From positions 5,318-69,317 of the IMG/VR virus record IMGVR_UViG_3300036795_000116: a DNA stretch of 64,000 bases. The stretch is one strand, 5' to 3'. The DNA is from a virus. A program made the position numbers and the translations under genes. Of this stretch, positions 56,127-64,000 are shown one piece after another. Below the pieces are notes generated by a model. That model was not told the origin of the DNA and ran no database searches. It saw only the letters and a list, made by a program, of their open reading frames with translations. Numbering within the stretch: the stretch's first letter is position 1; each line of letters starts with the position of its first letter.

Positions 56127-56660
56127 CTAGACACCTAGCGCAGGCAGCTTGACTCCAGAAGCGGCCGCTTGCGCCTCTAGTTGCGTCTGTAGGTCACGAA
56201 TGGCTTGGTCGACAGTGGATTCGGTGATGACCGAAACCTCCTGTCGCACGGGCGCATTCAGCCCTAGCAAGCGTGCCCGCTGATCGGAGATCTTCAACAT
56301 CCGGTCGATAGCCCAGTGTTGATTGGTTGATCCACTTGCCAGGCATTGCTGCCAGATAGCGGCCTGTAGTTGGTCTAGTCGATCTAGTTCAACCTGTCGA
56401 GCATCGTCGATCGACTCTCGCGGGTACTCACGCATGTACACCATGAAACTCTTGTGAGCATGCGAGCTATCCGAGTAGCCAAGGGCACGCGCGATAGCGT
56501 CCCAGCTCACACCAGCACGGCGCATATCTACGGCGCGCTGATCGCGCTCTCGCCTGGCAATCACCTCGGGTGCGGACGGTGAGTCGATCCGCCGCGGCCG
56601 TCGCTTACCACTCTGCGGAGTCGGAAGCGCAGTTGCGCGGTTAGGCCCCTGATCAGGCAC
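56127..56660 (-). CDS. terminase small subunit-like HTH protein
   Basis: AVDMRRAGVSWDAIARALGY HTH; ELDRLDQLQ..W; AIDR.LKI..RARLLGL.AP pattern typical of actinophage TerS. Confidence 0.75.
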   Translation of the reverse strand: MPDQGPNRATALPTPQSGKRRPRRIDSPSAPEVIARRERDQRAVDMRRAGVSWDAIARALGYSDSSHAHKSFMVYMREYPRESIDDARQVELDRLDQLQAAIWQQCLASGSTNQHWAIDRMLKISDQRARLLGLNAPVRQEVSVITESTVDQAIRDLQTQLEAQAAASGVKLPALGV

Positions 56661-56754
56661 GTTGTGACCTCCCTAAGGGTTGTAGGTCGCACCCAAGATT
56701 TCCGGACACACTGCCCGGATAGCACGATCAGCACCTACGAACGGAAAAACGATC

Positions 56755-57029
56755 ATGACCTCTGCAACTAGCTCGCGGACGTTCTACAGCGACGATGACT
56801 CGATCCCGGTCACCGACGCCGCGGTGGATACGTACAACGTCAGTCAGGCCAGGCCCGATGAGGATGACATTCGGCTAGGCGTACTCGGCCAGGTCGAAAC
56901 CGCGCATGCTGAGTTCTACCGGAACCACTGATGATCACCGACAGAGAAAATAGGTACATGATCGCGGGCAGTTTCGCCCTGTTGATCTTGATCTGGGTGA
57001 TCTTGTTTAGCTTCTGTCCTTGGTACTGA
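56755..57029 (+). other. first cassette: two tiny ORFs (56755-56931; 56931-57029 membrane peptide)
   Basis: GGAAAAACGATCATG start; TGATG coupling; second stop falls in repeat copy 1. Confidence 0.65.
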
Positions 57030-57110
57030 GAGCGCTAGCAGAGCGGCTGGTGGTGAGTCCAGCCGTTCGATAGTCCACTCAGGACTACCCGCACAACGTT
57101 AGGAACGATC

Positions 57111-57329
57111 ATGCCAAGTATCAGCGCTAGCTTGCACGTGTACGCCGGTGACGCGGTTGCGGTGCGCGGCTCGACAGTTGACTCAGACAGGGTCACGGTG
57201 CAAGTCGGTGAATACGGTGAAGTGAGCAGCCATATCTACCTGGATCGAACGTCCGCCGTCCGAATCGCACAAAGCATTCTGGCGTTCTACGAAATGCCAG
57301 GTGGAGTGACCTACAGCGACTCTGAGTGA
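57111..57329 (+). CDS. cassette hypothetical protein
   Basis: Bounded by repeats 1 and 2. Confidence 0.8.
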   Translation: MPSISASLHVYAGDAVAVRGSTVDSDRVTVQVGEYGEVSSHIYLDRTSAVRIAQSILAFYEMPGGVTYSDSE

Positions 57330-57407
57330 GCTAGTCGACCAGCCGGAATGCGAACGGCTGGTCTGTAGTCCACTCAGGACTAGCCCCACCAATGAACGGA
57401 CACGATC

Positions 57408-57826
57408 ATGCTTGAAACGACGCTGGAAACAATCGACGTTCGTGACTTTGCGGTCACGGTATGGATCATGACAGGAGATCTCACCGGCGCTCTGATCACC
57501 GAGGCGCGTGGTTGGCTAAGCGACTGCTACTGGGACGACATGGAAGCGGACGAAATCGCCGAACTGTCGAGCATCACCGTTCAGCGCGCGATCGCACAGC
57601 ACTACGACGGCGGTATCGGCCAGTTCGTATCGGACGGTAGTTGATCATGGACCCCGACGCAAACCTCGCCGAGCAACTCGAAATCGCACGTGAAATGCAG
57701 GACCTAGACGATGTTGACTTGCCGGTTAGTCAGGATGACGCACAACGCCTGGCAGAGCTAGTCATCGCGTTGAACGAATGGCTAGCCAAGGGTGGTTACC
57801 CGCCGAAAGCCTGGCAACGTAACTGA
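57408..57826 (+). other. cassette with two acidic ORFs (57408-57644; 57647-57826)
   Basis: Between repeats 2 and 3; MDPDANL..L..W...GG..P..W pattern in the second. Confidence 0.75.
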
Positions 57827-57907
57827 GTGATCTAGCAGAGCGGCTGGTGGTGAGTCCAGCCGTTCGATAGTCCACTCAGGACTAACCGCACAACGTTAGG
57901 AACGATC

Positions 57908-58174
57908 ATGCATGTCTCACATGAACTTGACGTCTGCTCTGATTGCCGGCAGCTGATTGCCAACGGAGACATTGAGGACGGTACCGATACCGGAGAGCGC
58001 GTCGCCGCGGCGCAAGTACAGATTTGGGGTCCACTCGCCTGGCACATGGTGCTGAGTGGGACCGAGGACGAACCGCGATTCATGACCTCGGAATGCGACG
58101 GTTGCGGCGAGACTGCTCACGGTGATCGGTGGTACGCGTCCATTATCGAGAATGGCGATTCTGTCATCGCCTGA
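57908..58174 (+). CDS. cassette protein, CxxC..CxxC
   Basis: CSDC and CDGC..GDR; between repeats 3 and 4. Confidence 0.8.
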   Translation: MHVSHELDVCSDCRQLIANGDIEDGTDTGERVAAAQVQIWGPLAWHMVLSGTEDEPRFMTSECDGCGETAHGDRWYASIIENGDSVIA

Positions 58175-58257
58175 CTGAGAGAGCTAGCAGAGCGGCCGGT
58201 GGTGAGTCCGACCGTTCGATAGTCCACTCAGGACTAAGCCAACGTAGGGAAACGATC

Positions 58258-58515
58258 ATGCGTAGCGTGGAATTCAAGATCAAAGGCAACCCGGACACGT
58301 ACCTGCTACCCGTGGCCGACGATGTCACCGTATACAGCGCGATGACAGAGGTACTGTCGATCATGGGTCACGAGTGGGCGGACGTGATGCCCGGTCACGA
58401 CTTCAAGATCATCGACCCTAGCCCGTGCCAGTTCTGCTCACAAGCTTCGGGCCCCGACGCGTACATGCGTAAACCCATATGTGCGAGTTGCCTGGCCGCA
58501 CGTGAGACTGACTGA
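58258..58515 (+). CDS. cassette protein, C-terminal CxxC..CxxC
   Basis: Start at GATCATG after repeat 4. Confidence 0.8.
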   Translation: MRSVEFKIKGNPDTYLLPVADDVTVYSAMTEVLSIMGHEWADVMPGHDFKIIDPSPCQFCSQASGPDAYMRKPICASCLAARETD

Positions 58516-58598
58516 GTGATCTAGCAGAGCGGCCGGTGGTGAGTCCGGCCGTTCGATAGTCCACTCAGGACTAACCGCACAACTGTTAGGAAACGATC

Positions 58599-59120
58599 AT
58601 GAGTGAGCCGCTCTACACATTCCCTGCACTCACAGAGGCCGACATCACGGCGGTTAAGGGTGCACTCACAACGCTCACGGATTCCAACCTGGCCAACCTG
58701 GCCACACTCGCCACCGGTGAATCGCCACTCTATGGCCTGATTGGTGAGGAGATGGAACGCCGCGGCTACGAAGATCGAAAGCTCGCCGATGAGGCGAGAG
58801 ACCGTCGCCGCGAGCTGTACGCGGGTCGCGCACTATTGCGCGGTGAAATCAGACTGCAATGGGACAGCGGCGACATCAAGGCAAGCGCGCTGTCCCCCGA
58901 ATTCGATCTGTGCGAGGTGATGACCTTTCTAGAGATCGACGTACCGCCCGAGGTCGGATACTCGCAGGGCTGGATAGGTGAGCCTGACAGCGAATGGTCA
59001 CAAGATCTCATCCTCTGGCACGCGGGTGATCTGATCGACGGTGACGACATGATCTATTGGGTGCGCGTGCTCGATAGGTATATGGATGTGTGCGTGCGCG
59101 GCACGGAGCGCGACTACTGA
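58599..59120 (+). CDS. cassette acidic hypothetical protein
   Basis: Between repeats 5 and 6. Confidence 0.8.
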   Translation: MSEPLYTFPALTEADITAVKGALTTLTDSNLANLATLATGESPLYGLIGEEMERRGYEDRKLADEARDRRRELYAGRALLRGEIRLQWDSGDIKASALSPEFDLCEVMTFLEIDVPPEVGYSQGWIGEPDSEWSQDLILWHAGDLIDGDDMIYWVRVLDRYMDVCVRGTERDY

Positions 59121-59201
59121 GAGAGCTAGCAGAGCGGCCGGTGGTGAGTCCGGCCGTTCGATAGTCCACTCAGGACTAAGCCCCAGCCAAGGGAATTGAT
59201 C

Positions 59202-59594
59202 ATGACAACTGCACTGCAAGAGTCTGTCCTGATGACCGAGCTACGCGCGGTAGGTGGGTTTACGTTCAACCCGCATACGTCGCGGCTGGTCGACTATGGC
59301 AGCGCCACCGGATACATGATCGCGGTTCCGGGTACCGAACGCATCCTCGGATTCGGCGGTATGAGTTCCGCTGAATTCGATCAGGCGTTCTATTCGGCCG
59401 TACGTGATGCCGAACTGTCCGATTACACATTCGTAGGTGGCTGGTATTCCAGCGATCGGAATGTGTACATGATCGAACTGTCAGAGCTGCACGACGTCAC
59501 GCGTCGCCAGGCGGTACGCCTCGGAATCGAGCGCGGGCAGGAAGCAATTTTCGACATGCGCGGCGAGGTCATCAATCTGAAAGTGAGTGTCTGA
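59202..59594 (+). CDS. conserved phage protein (GGFT..GYM..GGW..Q.AIFD family)
   Basis: Recurrent phage motif set; function not established. Confidence 0.8.
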   Translation: MTTALQESVLMTELRAVGGFTFNPHTSRLVDYGSATGYMIAVPGTERILGFGGMSSAEFDQAFYSAVRDAELSDYTFVGGWYSSDRNVYMIELSELHDVTRRQAVRLGIERGQEAIFDMRGEVINLKVSV

Positions 59595-59920
59595 TGTTCC
59601 TGAATGAGTACGAAATCGACGACTACCGTCACCAATACCGCGATCATGCAGTGCTCGGGCCCGCTACCGCGACGCTGTCCGCGCTTGTGGAGGCAGTGAA
59701 CGCGAATTCGGACGGGTGGCCCTACTGGCAGAAGCCCAACCGCGCCGCGCGCAAGCTACAGGAATTCATCCGGGGTGACTGGCCTGCCAGCCGCTTTGAT
59801 GACGAGCGCAAGGACGCGACACCCGCGCTACTCCGGCAGGCCTACGGACCCTTGCGAGCATTCCGGACCCGTTGGGGTGTCCAGTTCATGATCACCGAGG
59901 TATCAGGCAAGGGGAAATGA
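59594..59920 (+). CDS. cassette protein (NSDGWPYW motif)
   Basis: TGATG coupling. Confidence 0.8.
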   Translation: MFLNEYEIDDYRHQYRDHAVLGPATATLSALVEAVNANSDGWPYWQKPNRAARKLQEFIRGDWPASRFDDERKDATPALLRQAYGPLRAFRTRWGVQFMITEVSGKGK

Positions 59921-60120
59921 TCATGACCGTAACCAACGTCAAGTTTCAGCTACACATCAACACTGGCAACGCCGCGGTTGCAGACGAGCCGTTCATCGCC
60001 GTCGCCGAACAATTGGAGGCAGCGGCGGCCAGACTTCGTGACTACTTCGCAGACGGCACGATGCGGGACGCCAATGGCCAACCAATCGGCAATTGGTACC
60101 TCAGCACTCTCTCTGAGTGA
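59917..60120 (+). CDS. cassette protein (I.T.NAA..D.NG..IG.W motif)
   Basis: ATGA overlap; stop in repeat 7. Confidence 0.8.
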   Translation: MIMTVTNVKFQLHINTGNAAVADEPFIAVAEQLEAAAARLRDYFADGTMRDANGQPIGNWYLSTLSE

Positions 60121-60196
60121 GCTAGCAGAGCTACCGGTGGTGAGTCCGGTAGTTCAATAGTCCACTCAGGACTAGCCCCAGCCACGTTAGGACCGA

Positions 60197-60811
60197 ATGA
60201 TGATCCCAACAAAAGCGGACGATGAGACGCAAGAACTCTATGTCCGCAATATCGTCACGCGGTGGAATGCCGCGACGCCCGAGCAGATCGCAGTCGGGCG
60301 CAATTGGTACTACTGCGCCAATGAACTAGCGCAGAAGATCGCGCCCACCACCCGCGTAGGTGCCGGAGTGCTCGCGGCGTTGTCCCCTCAGAAGTCCTGG
60401 CAGGCCAACGTCAAGATCGCAAAGGCAACGTTCGCCTCGGGTGCCGCACGCGGCCAGGTAGGCAACGCCTGCAAGAAAGCGGATGACATCCTGTCCGGTA
60501 AAGATCCACTCACGGTGCTGCCCAAGGGTAGTAAGACGTGGCACTTTTACCGGTGCATCGTCGATCCGTCAGACTCCGAAGCGGTAGTGATCGACCGTCA
60601 CGCGCACGACATCGCGGCGGATGAGATCTACGGCGCGGCAGACCGAGGACTCAGCAATCCGAATAGGTACCACACACTCGCCGAAGCCTACCGGCGAGCC
60701 GCTGAACTACTCGGCGAGATCCCGAGTGTTGTGCAGGCGGTCACCTGGACAGTGCAGGTTGACGCAACCGAGCATCTCCCGTATCGCGCGGGCAGGCGCC
60801 CGAAAGCGTAA
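60197..60811 (+). CDS. HhH-GPD DNA-glycosylase-like phage protein (DUF7178-like)
   Basis: G..WY, AALSP..W..N, K...FY, VVIDRHA, QAVTW. Confidence 0.65.
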   Translation: MMIPTKADDETQELYVRNIVTRWNAATPEQIAVGRNWYYCANELAQKIAPTTRVGAGVLAALSPQKSWQANVKIAKATFASGAARGQVGNACKKADDILSGKDPLTVLPKGSKTWHFYRCIVDPSDSEAVVIDRHAHDIAADEIYGAADRGLSNPNRYHTLAEAYRRAAELLGEIPSVVQAVTWTVQVDATEHLPYRAGRRPKA

Positions 60812-60925
60812 GATAGGAGGCTCGGACATGCCCGGATTCTGAATCACACAGCGGCCGGTAGGGAATGCGACCCTATCGAGCCGCGGGCGATTCAGCCCAC
60901 TAGCCCCAGCCAAGTTAGGAACATC

Positions 60926-61306
60926 ATGTCTGAAACCGAATTCGACCTGACCGTGTTCACCGAGGAAGACATCGCACGATGGGACAGTGTGGATCTTCGC
61001 CGGTGGGCGGCCAACCTGGACCTGTACAACAGGAAGACCGACGTTGCAACATTCCGACTCTCGTCCGAGGTGATCGGTACCGCGGGCGCACTGACCGCGA
61101 TCGACAAGCTAGTCAACGTGCTCAAAGTTGCCTACGCGGACCGCGAGCCCGACGTGACGAACGCCTACGGCAGTCAGATCGAAGTCAAGGTCTGGGAGAC
61201 CGACGAGGGGCTGCGGACCAGCTTGAAGTACAGGCTGCGCCGTGACCTCGAAGCCAAGGTGAAGGAGGAAATCAGCAACGAATTCGGCACCTACGCGACT
61301 ACCTGA
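60926..61306 (+). CDS. cassette hypothetical protein
   Basis: Between repeats 8 and 9. Confidence 0.8.
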   Translation: MSETEFDLTVFTEEDIARWDSVDLRRWAANLDLYNRKTDVATFRLSSEVIGTAGALTAIDKLVNVLKVAYADREPDVTNAYGSQIEVKVWETDEGLRTSLKYRLRRDLEAKVKEEISNEFGTYATT

Positions 61307-61389
61307 GTGATCTAGCAGAGCGGCCAGTGGTGAGTCTGGCCGTTCGATAGTCCACTCAGGACTAGCCCCAGCCACGTTAGGAAACGATC

Positions 61390-62108
61390 ATGGGCGAGAA
61401 CGATTTCGAACTACCGGACTGTGAGTGCAATGCGTGCTCACCAGACCCCGATGCGATCACGGTGCCCGTAGGGCTCTACATGATCAAGAACCGCAACGGC
61501 GCGGAAGAGCGCTATCACATCGGCGAGTACGGCTCGGTCACAGAGGTTTTGGGTGATCAATTCCAGCTGGTCACCGTCGAGCTGGATCGAGAGTTGATCT
61601 TGCTCCGGATCGCCACCGCGCTCGGGCGCGCCTGATGAGCCGCAAGCCAAAGGTCGGGACCGCTTATCCAGCGGACCGCTACGCGGCACCCGAGGAAAGG
61701 ATCATGGAGGTCAGCCACGAACTGGGTGGCTGTCTCATCTCGGTCAGGCCAGTGAACGACCGACTGTTGATCGAGATCTACCGGGCCGATGACACGATCG
61801 ACGTCAGGGGGCCAGGCGGACGTCAGGAAGCCCAACGGGCAACACTCGCCTGGACAGGTGACAACCCCGACGAGCCGCTCGATCAGAACGCGGACTCGCT
61901 CGCGGTGCCGCACGGATTCTGGGCCATCGGGATCGACACCATGACCAACATGTGGACCGTCGATCTCTATGAGATCCCGAACATCGAGACGCCCGGCGTC
62001 GTGATCGACGCGCTCGCACTGCCCGACCAGCCCACCGAGGCACTAGCCAAGGACGCCGCCCAGCGGACGGAGGAATGGCTGCTGAAGAAGATCATGCGCG
62101 CTCACTGA
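61390..62108 (+). other. cassette with two ORFs (61390-61635; 61635-62108)
   Basis: TGATG coupling; between repeats 9 and 10. Confidence 0.75.
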
Positions 62109-62188
62109 GTGACCTAGCAGAGCGGCCGGTGGTGAGTCCGGCCGTTCGATAGTCCACTCAGGACATGGAACAACGTTAGGAAACGATC

Positions 62189-62616
62189 ATGAAGTACAAC
62201 GTACTGACACGAGTCGTCTCGATCGTCGAGGCCGACTCACCAGCGGAAGCGCGCACCAAGGCGGAAGATCAAATTACCCGTCTGCTCGGCGACCCTGACG
62301 AGAACCTGGCCGAGGTCTACCGAGAGAAGGACCGCCCCGGCGATGTTCAGGAAGTGGATTGATGAAGATCACCCAGACGTTCTACTGCCGTGGCAACGAT
62401 TCCGGGCCCTACGTAGACGCGCACTACTACAGCGATTGGGAGACCGCAAAGGAAGCGGCCGATGAGAACGGAGAGTGTGTGTATGAGGTAACCGGAACGC
62501 TTGACCCGGATACAGCAAAACTGCTTGACGATGTTCAGGAAGTGGAGGCGTATTGCAACCACGACCCGGCGGCAGTAGTCAACGGGCGTTGTGAGTGCGG
62601 TGCCGTAATCAACTGA
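62189..62616 (+). other. cassette with two ORFs (62189-62362; 62362-62616)
   Basis: VEADS..EA motif; TGATG coupling; between repeats 10 and 11. Confidence 0.75.
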
Positions 62617-62702
62617 GTGACCTAGCAGAGCGGCCGGTGGTGAGTCCGGCCGTTCGATAGTCCACTCAGGACTAGCCCCAGCCCATCGAGAGAAGTGATC
62701 AT

Positions 62703-63863
62703 GTGAAGGAGTACCCACTGCCAGACCGGGACCCCGGTGAAGATCTACTGAATGAGACCCGCGCATTCGTGCGGCGATTCTGGGCGCCCCCGAGTGAGGT
62801 TGCTCTGGACGCGTTCACGTTGTGGCTGGTCCACACCCACGCGGTGAATGATGACCGCCTAGTGTTCGAAACCTCCCCGCGTATGGGGCTGTTCTCGATC
62901 GGTCCGGCGTCGGGCAAGTCCACCGCGCTGGAGATGTTGGAATTGCTGTGTGGTCGCGGCAAGCGCATTGCTGACCCGACCGCGCCCGCATTGATGGGGC
63001 TGCTCAGTCACGAGCGAGCAACAATCCTCATTGATGAGCTGGACACCCTGATGGGTTCCGGTGCAGGTGGGCGTTCCACCCGGACGATCATGCTTGAGGG
63101 TTACTCCGAAGGCGGCACGATCGCACGCGGTACGCAGGTGCGCGGCTACACGGAAGTTTCGTGTTTCGCGCCTATGGCGTTCGCGGGTATGCGGCAGAAC
63201 TTCATCTCTAACCCGAGGCTCGATGCACTACGTACCCGGACAATCATGCTGCTCTGTAAGCCGCGTGGTCCTGGTCAGGTCGTCGAGAGCTACCGTCGCC
63301 GGCTGCACTCTGGTCAGGCGCGGGCGCTGAATGCGGCCCTGGTCAAGTGGGGCTCACGCAATGCCAACACGCTGTCTGACTGCTGGCCGGAACCCCCGGA
63401 CGGTATCGAAGATCGCGCGGCGGAACTGTGGGAGCCACTGCTCGCCATTGGTGAGGTCGTCGGCGGTACGTGGGCTGAACGAGCCCGCAACGCCTGCCGG
63501 GTAATCGCGCTCGGCGAACCGGAAGAAGACGATGAGGAGCCCGACACTCCGGTGGAGATGTTGCTGGCCGATATGGGCCAGATCTTCATGGGTGAAGAGC
63601 GGTTGGCAACACGAACCATCGTGGAGCGACTGCTACTGCTACCCGGCTCAGCATGGAAGCGGTTCCCGAACATGATCGCGGCGGGTAAGGAGATTGCCGC
63701 GATGTTGGAGCCGCGCGGTGTCGCGCCCCGACCGGTCAAGCTCGACGGCACCACGGTCCGGGGTTATGACAGGGCAGATCTCGAAGCGGCCGGCATGCCT
63801 GTGCTGGACAACATCACGGAAGGAGGCCCGTCCAGCGAAGAGCTAGCGGAACTCCCGATCTGA
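62703..63863 (+). CDS. DUF3631-type P-loop replication protein
   Basis: LW..HTH, TSPR, Walker A GPASGKST, Walker B TILIDE, DRAAELWEPLLAI, RGY.R.DL. Confidence 0.85.
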   Translation: MKEYPLPDRDPGEDLLNETRAFVRRFWAPPSEVALDAFTLWLVHTHAVNDDRLVFETSPRMGLFSIGPASGKSTALEMLELLCGRGKRIADPTAPALMGLLSHERATILIDELDTLMGSGAGGRSTRTIMLEGYSEGGTIARGTQVRGYTEVSCFAPMAFAGMRQNFISNPRLDALRTRTIMLLCKPRGPGQVVESYRRRLHSGQARALNAALVKWGSRNANTLSDCWPEPPDGIEDRAAELWEPLLAIGEVVGGTWAERARNACRVIALGEPEEDDEEPDTPVEMLLADMGQIFMGEERLATRTIVERLLLLPGSAWKRFPNMIAAGKEIAAMLEPRGVAPRPVKLDGTTVRGYDRADLEAAGMPVLDNITEGGPSSEELAELPI

Positions 63864-63874
63864 GACCAAGATCA

Positions 63875-63947
63875 GGTTACAGGTCGCGGAGAGTAACCAC
63901 CGTTTGTGCTGGTCAGAGCGTTGATCCAGTTACGGGTTACGGGTTAC
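63875..63947. repeat. GGTTAC/GTAACC repeats downstream of DUF3631 gene
   Basis: GGTTAC 63875, GTAACC 63893, GTTACGGGTTACGGGTTAC 63929-63947. Confidence 0.65.
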
Positions 63948-64000
63948 GTTTGCGTTAGTCGCGCGCGATACCAACTGCATGTACAGTTCACTGCACAACG

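Larger units (their letters stand above)
57026..62669 (+). repeat. 11 dispersed 56-57 nt structured intergenic elements
   Basis: Cores at 57026-57082, 57322-57377, 57823-57879, 58175-58231, 58512-58568, 59117-59173, 60113-60169, 60839-60895, 61303-61359, 62105-62161, 62613-62669; consensus CTGAGTGAnCTAGCAGAGCGGCCGGTGGTGAGTCCGGCCGTTCGATAGTCCACTCAG then GACTA..GTTAGGAAACGATCATG. Confidence 0.97.

Noticed and set aside
58512-58600. Hammerhead or twister ribozyme
   Set aside because: CTGAGTGA is one base longer than CUGANGA and GAAA is not conserved; the twister-like GCCGG-N8-CCGG loop lacks matching P2 and catalytic residues. Not callable without a covariance-model search.
57026-62669. CRISPR array
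   Set aside because: Inter-repeat segments are about 240-940 nt and are intact genes; no cas genes in the window.
57026-62669. Canonical integron attC sites
   Set aside because: GTTAGG resembles the GTTRRRY core but lies outside the main hairpin, is missing in several copies, has no RYYYAAC partner at the 5' end, and no tyrosine integrase is visible; kept only as an analogy.
57026-62706. SECIS-like UGA readthrough fusing adjacent cassette genes
   Set aside because: Stop-to-start distances vary in frame (79-89 nt) and in-frame TAG codons occur within the element.
1-64000. Prophage boundaries, att sites or host genes
   Set aside because: No housekeeping genes, full-length integrase, repressor or long flanking direct repeats seen; lifestyle cannot be determined from this window.

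Overview
High-GC actinobacteriophage (or prophage) DNA of siphovirus type. 1-7.9 kb holds small + strand accessory genes (HNH-like lipoprotein, L5 gp64-like lipoprotein, WhiB). 5.9-10 kb holds 15 minus-strand tRNA or tRNA-like genes, two of them structurally aberrant. 10-52.4 kb is a minus-strand late operon: terminase, portal, MuF-like, protease/scaffold, major capsid, neck, major tail, frameshifted tail chaperone, tape measure, minor tail and fibre genes including a PL7 lyase, and lysis genes, plus an unexpected class F sortase with its substrate. 52.7-56.7 kb carries a serine recombinase, a LuxR-type HTH, a repeat-rich non-coding block and a displaced terminase-small-subunit candidate. The most notable feature is 56.7-63.9 kb: short + strand genes punctuated by 11 copies of a 56-57 nt structured element. 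Each copy starts at or immediately after the upstream TGA stop, shows compensatory base changes, can adopt two mutually exclusive folds, and is followed by a conserved linker, RBS and start codon. Product names come from motif recognition by eye; no database searches were run.
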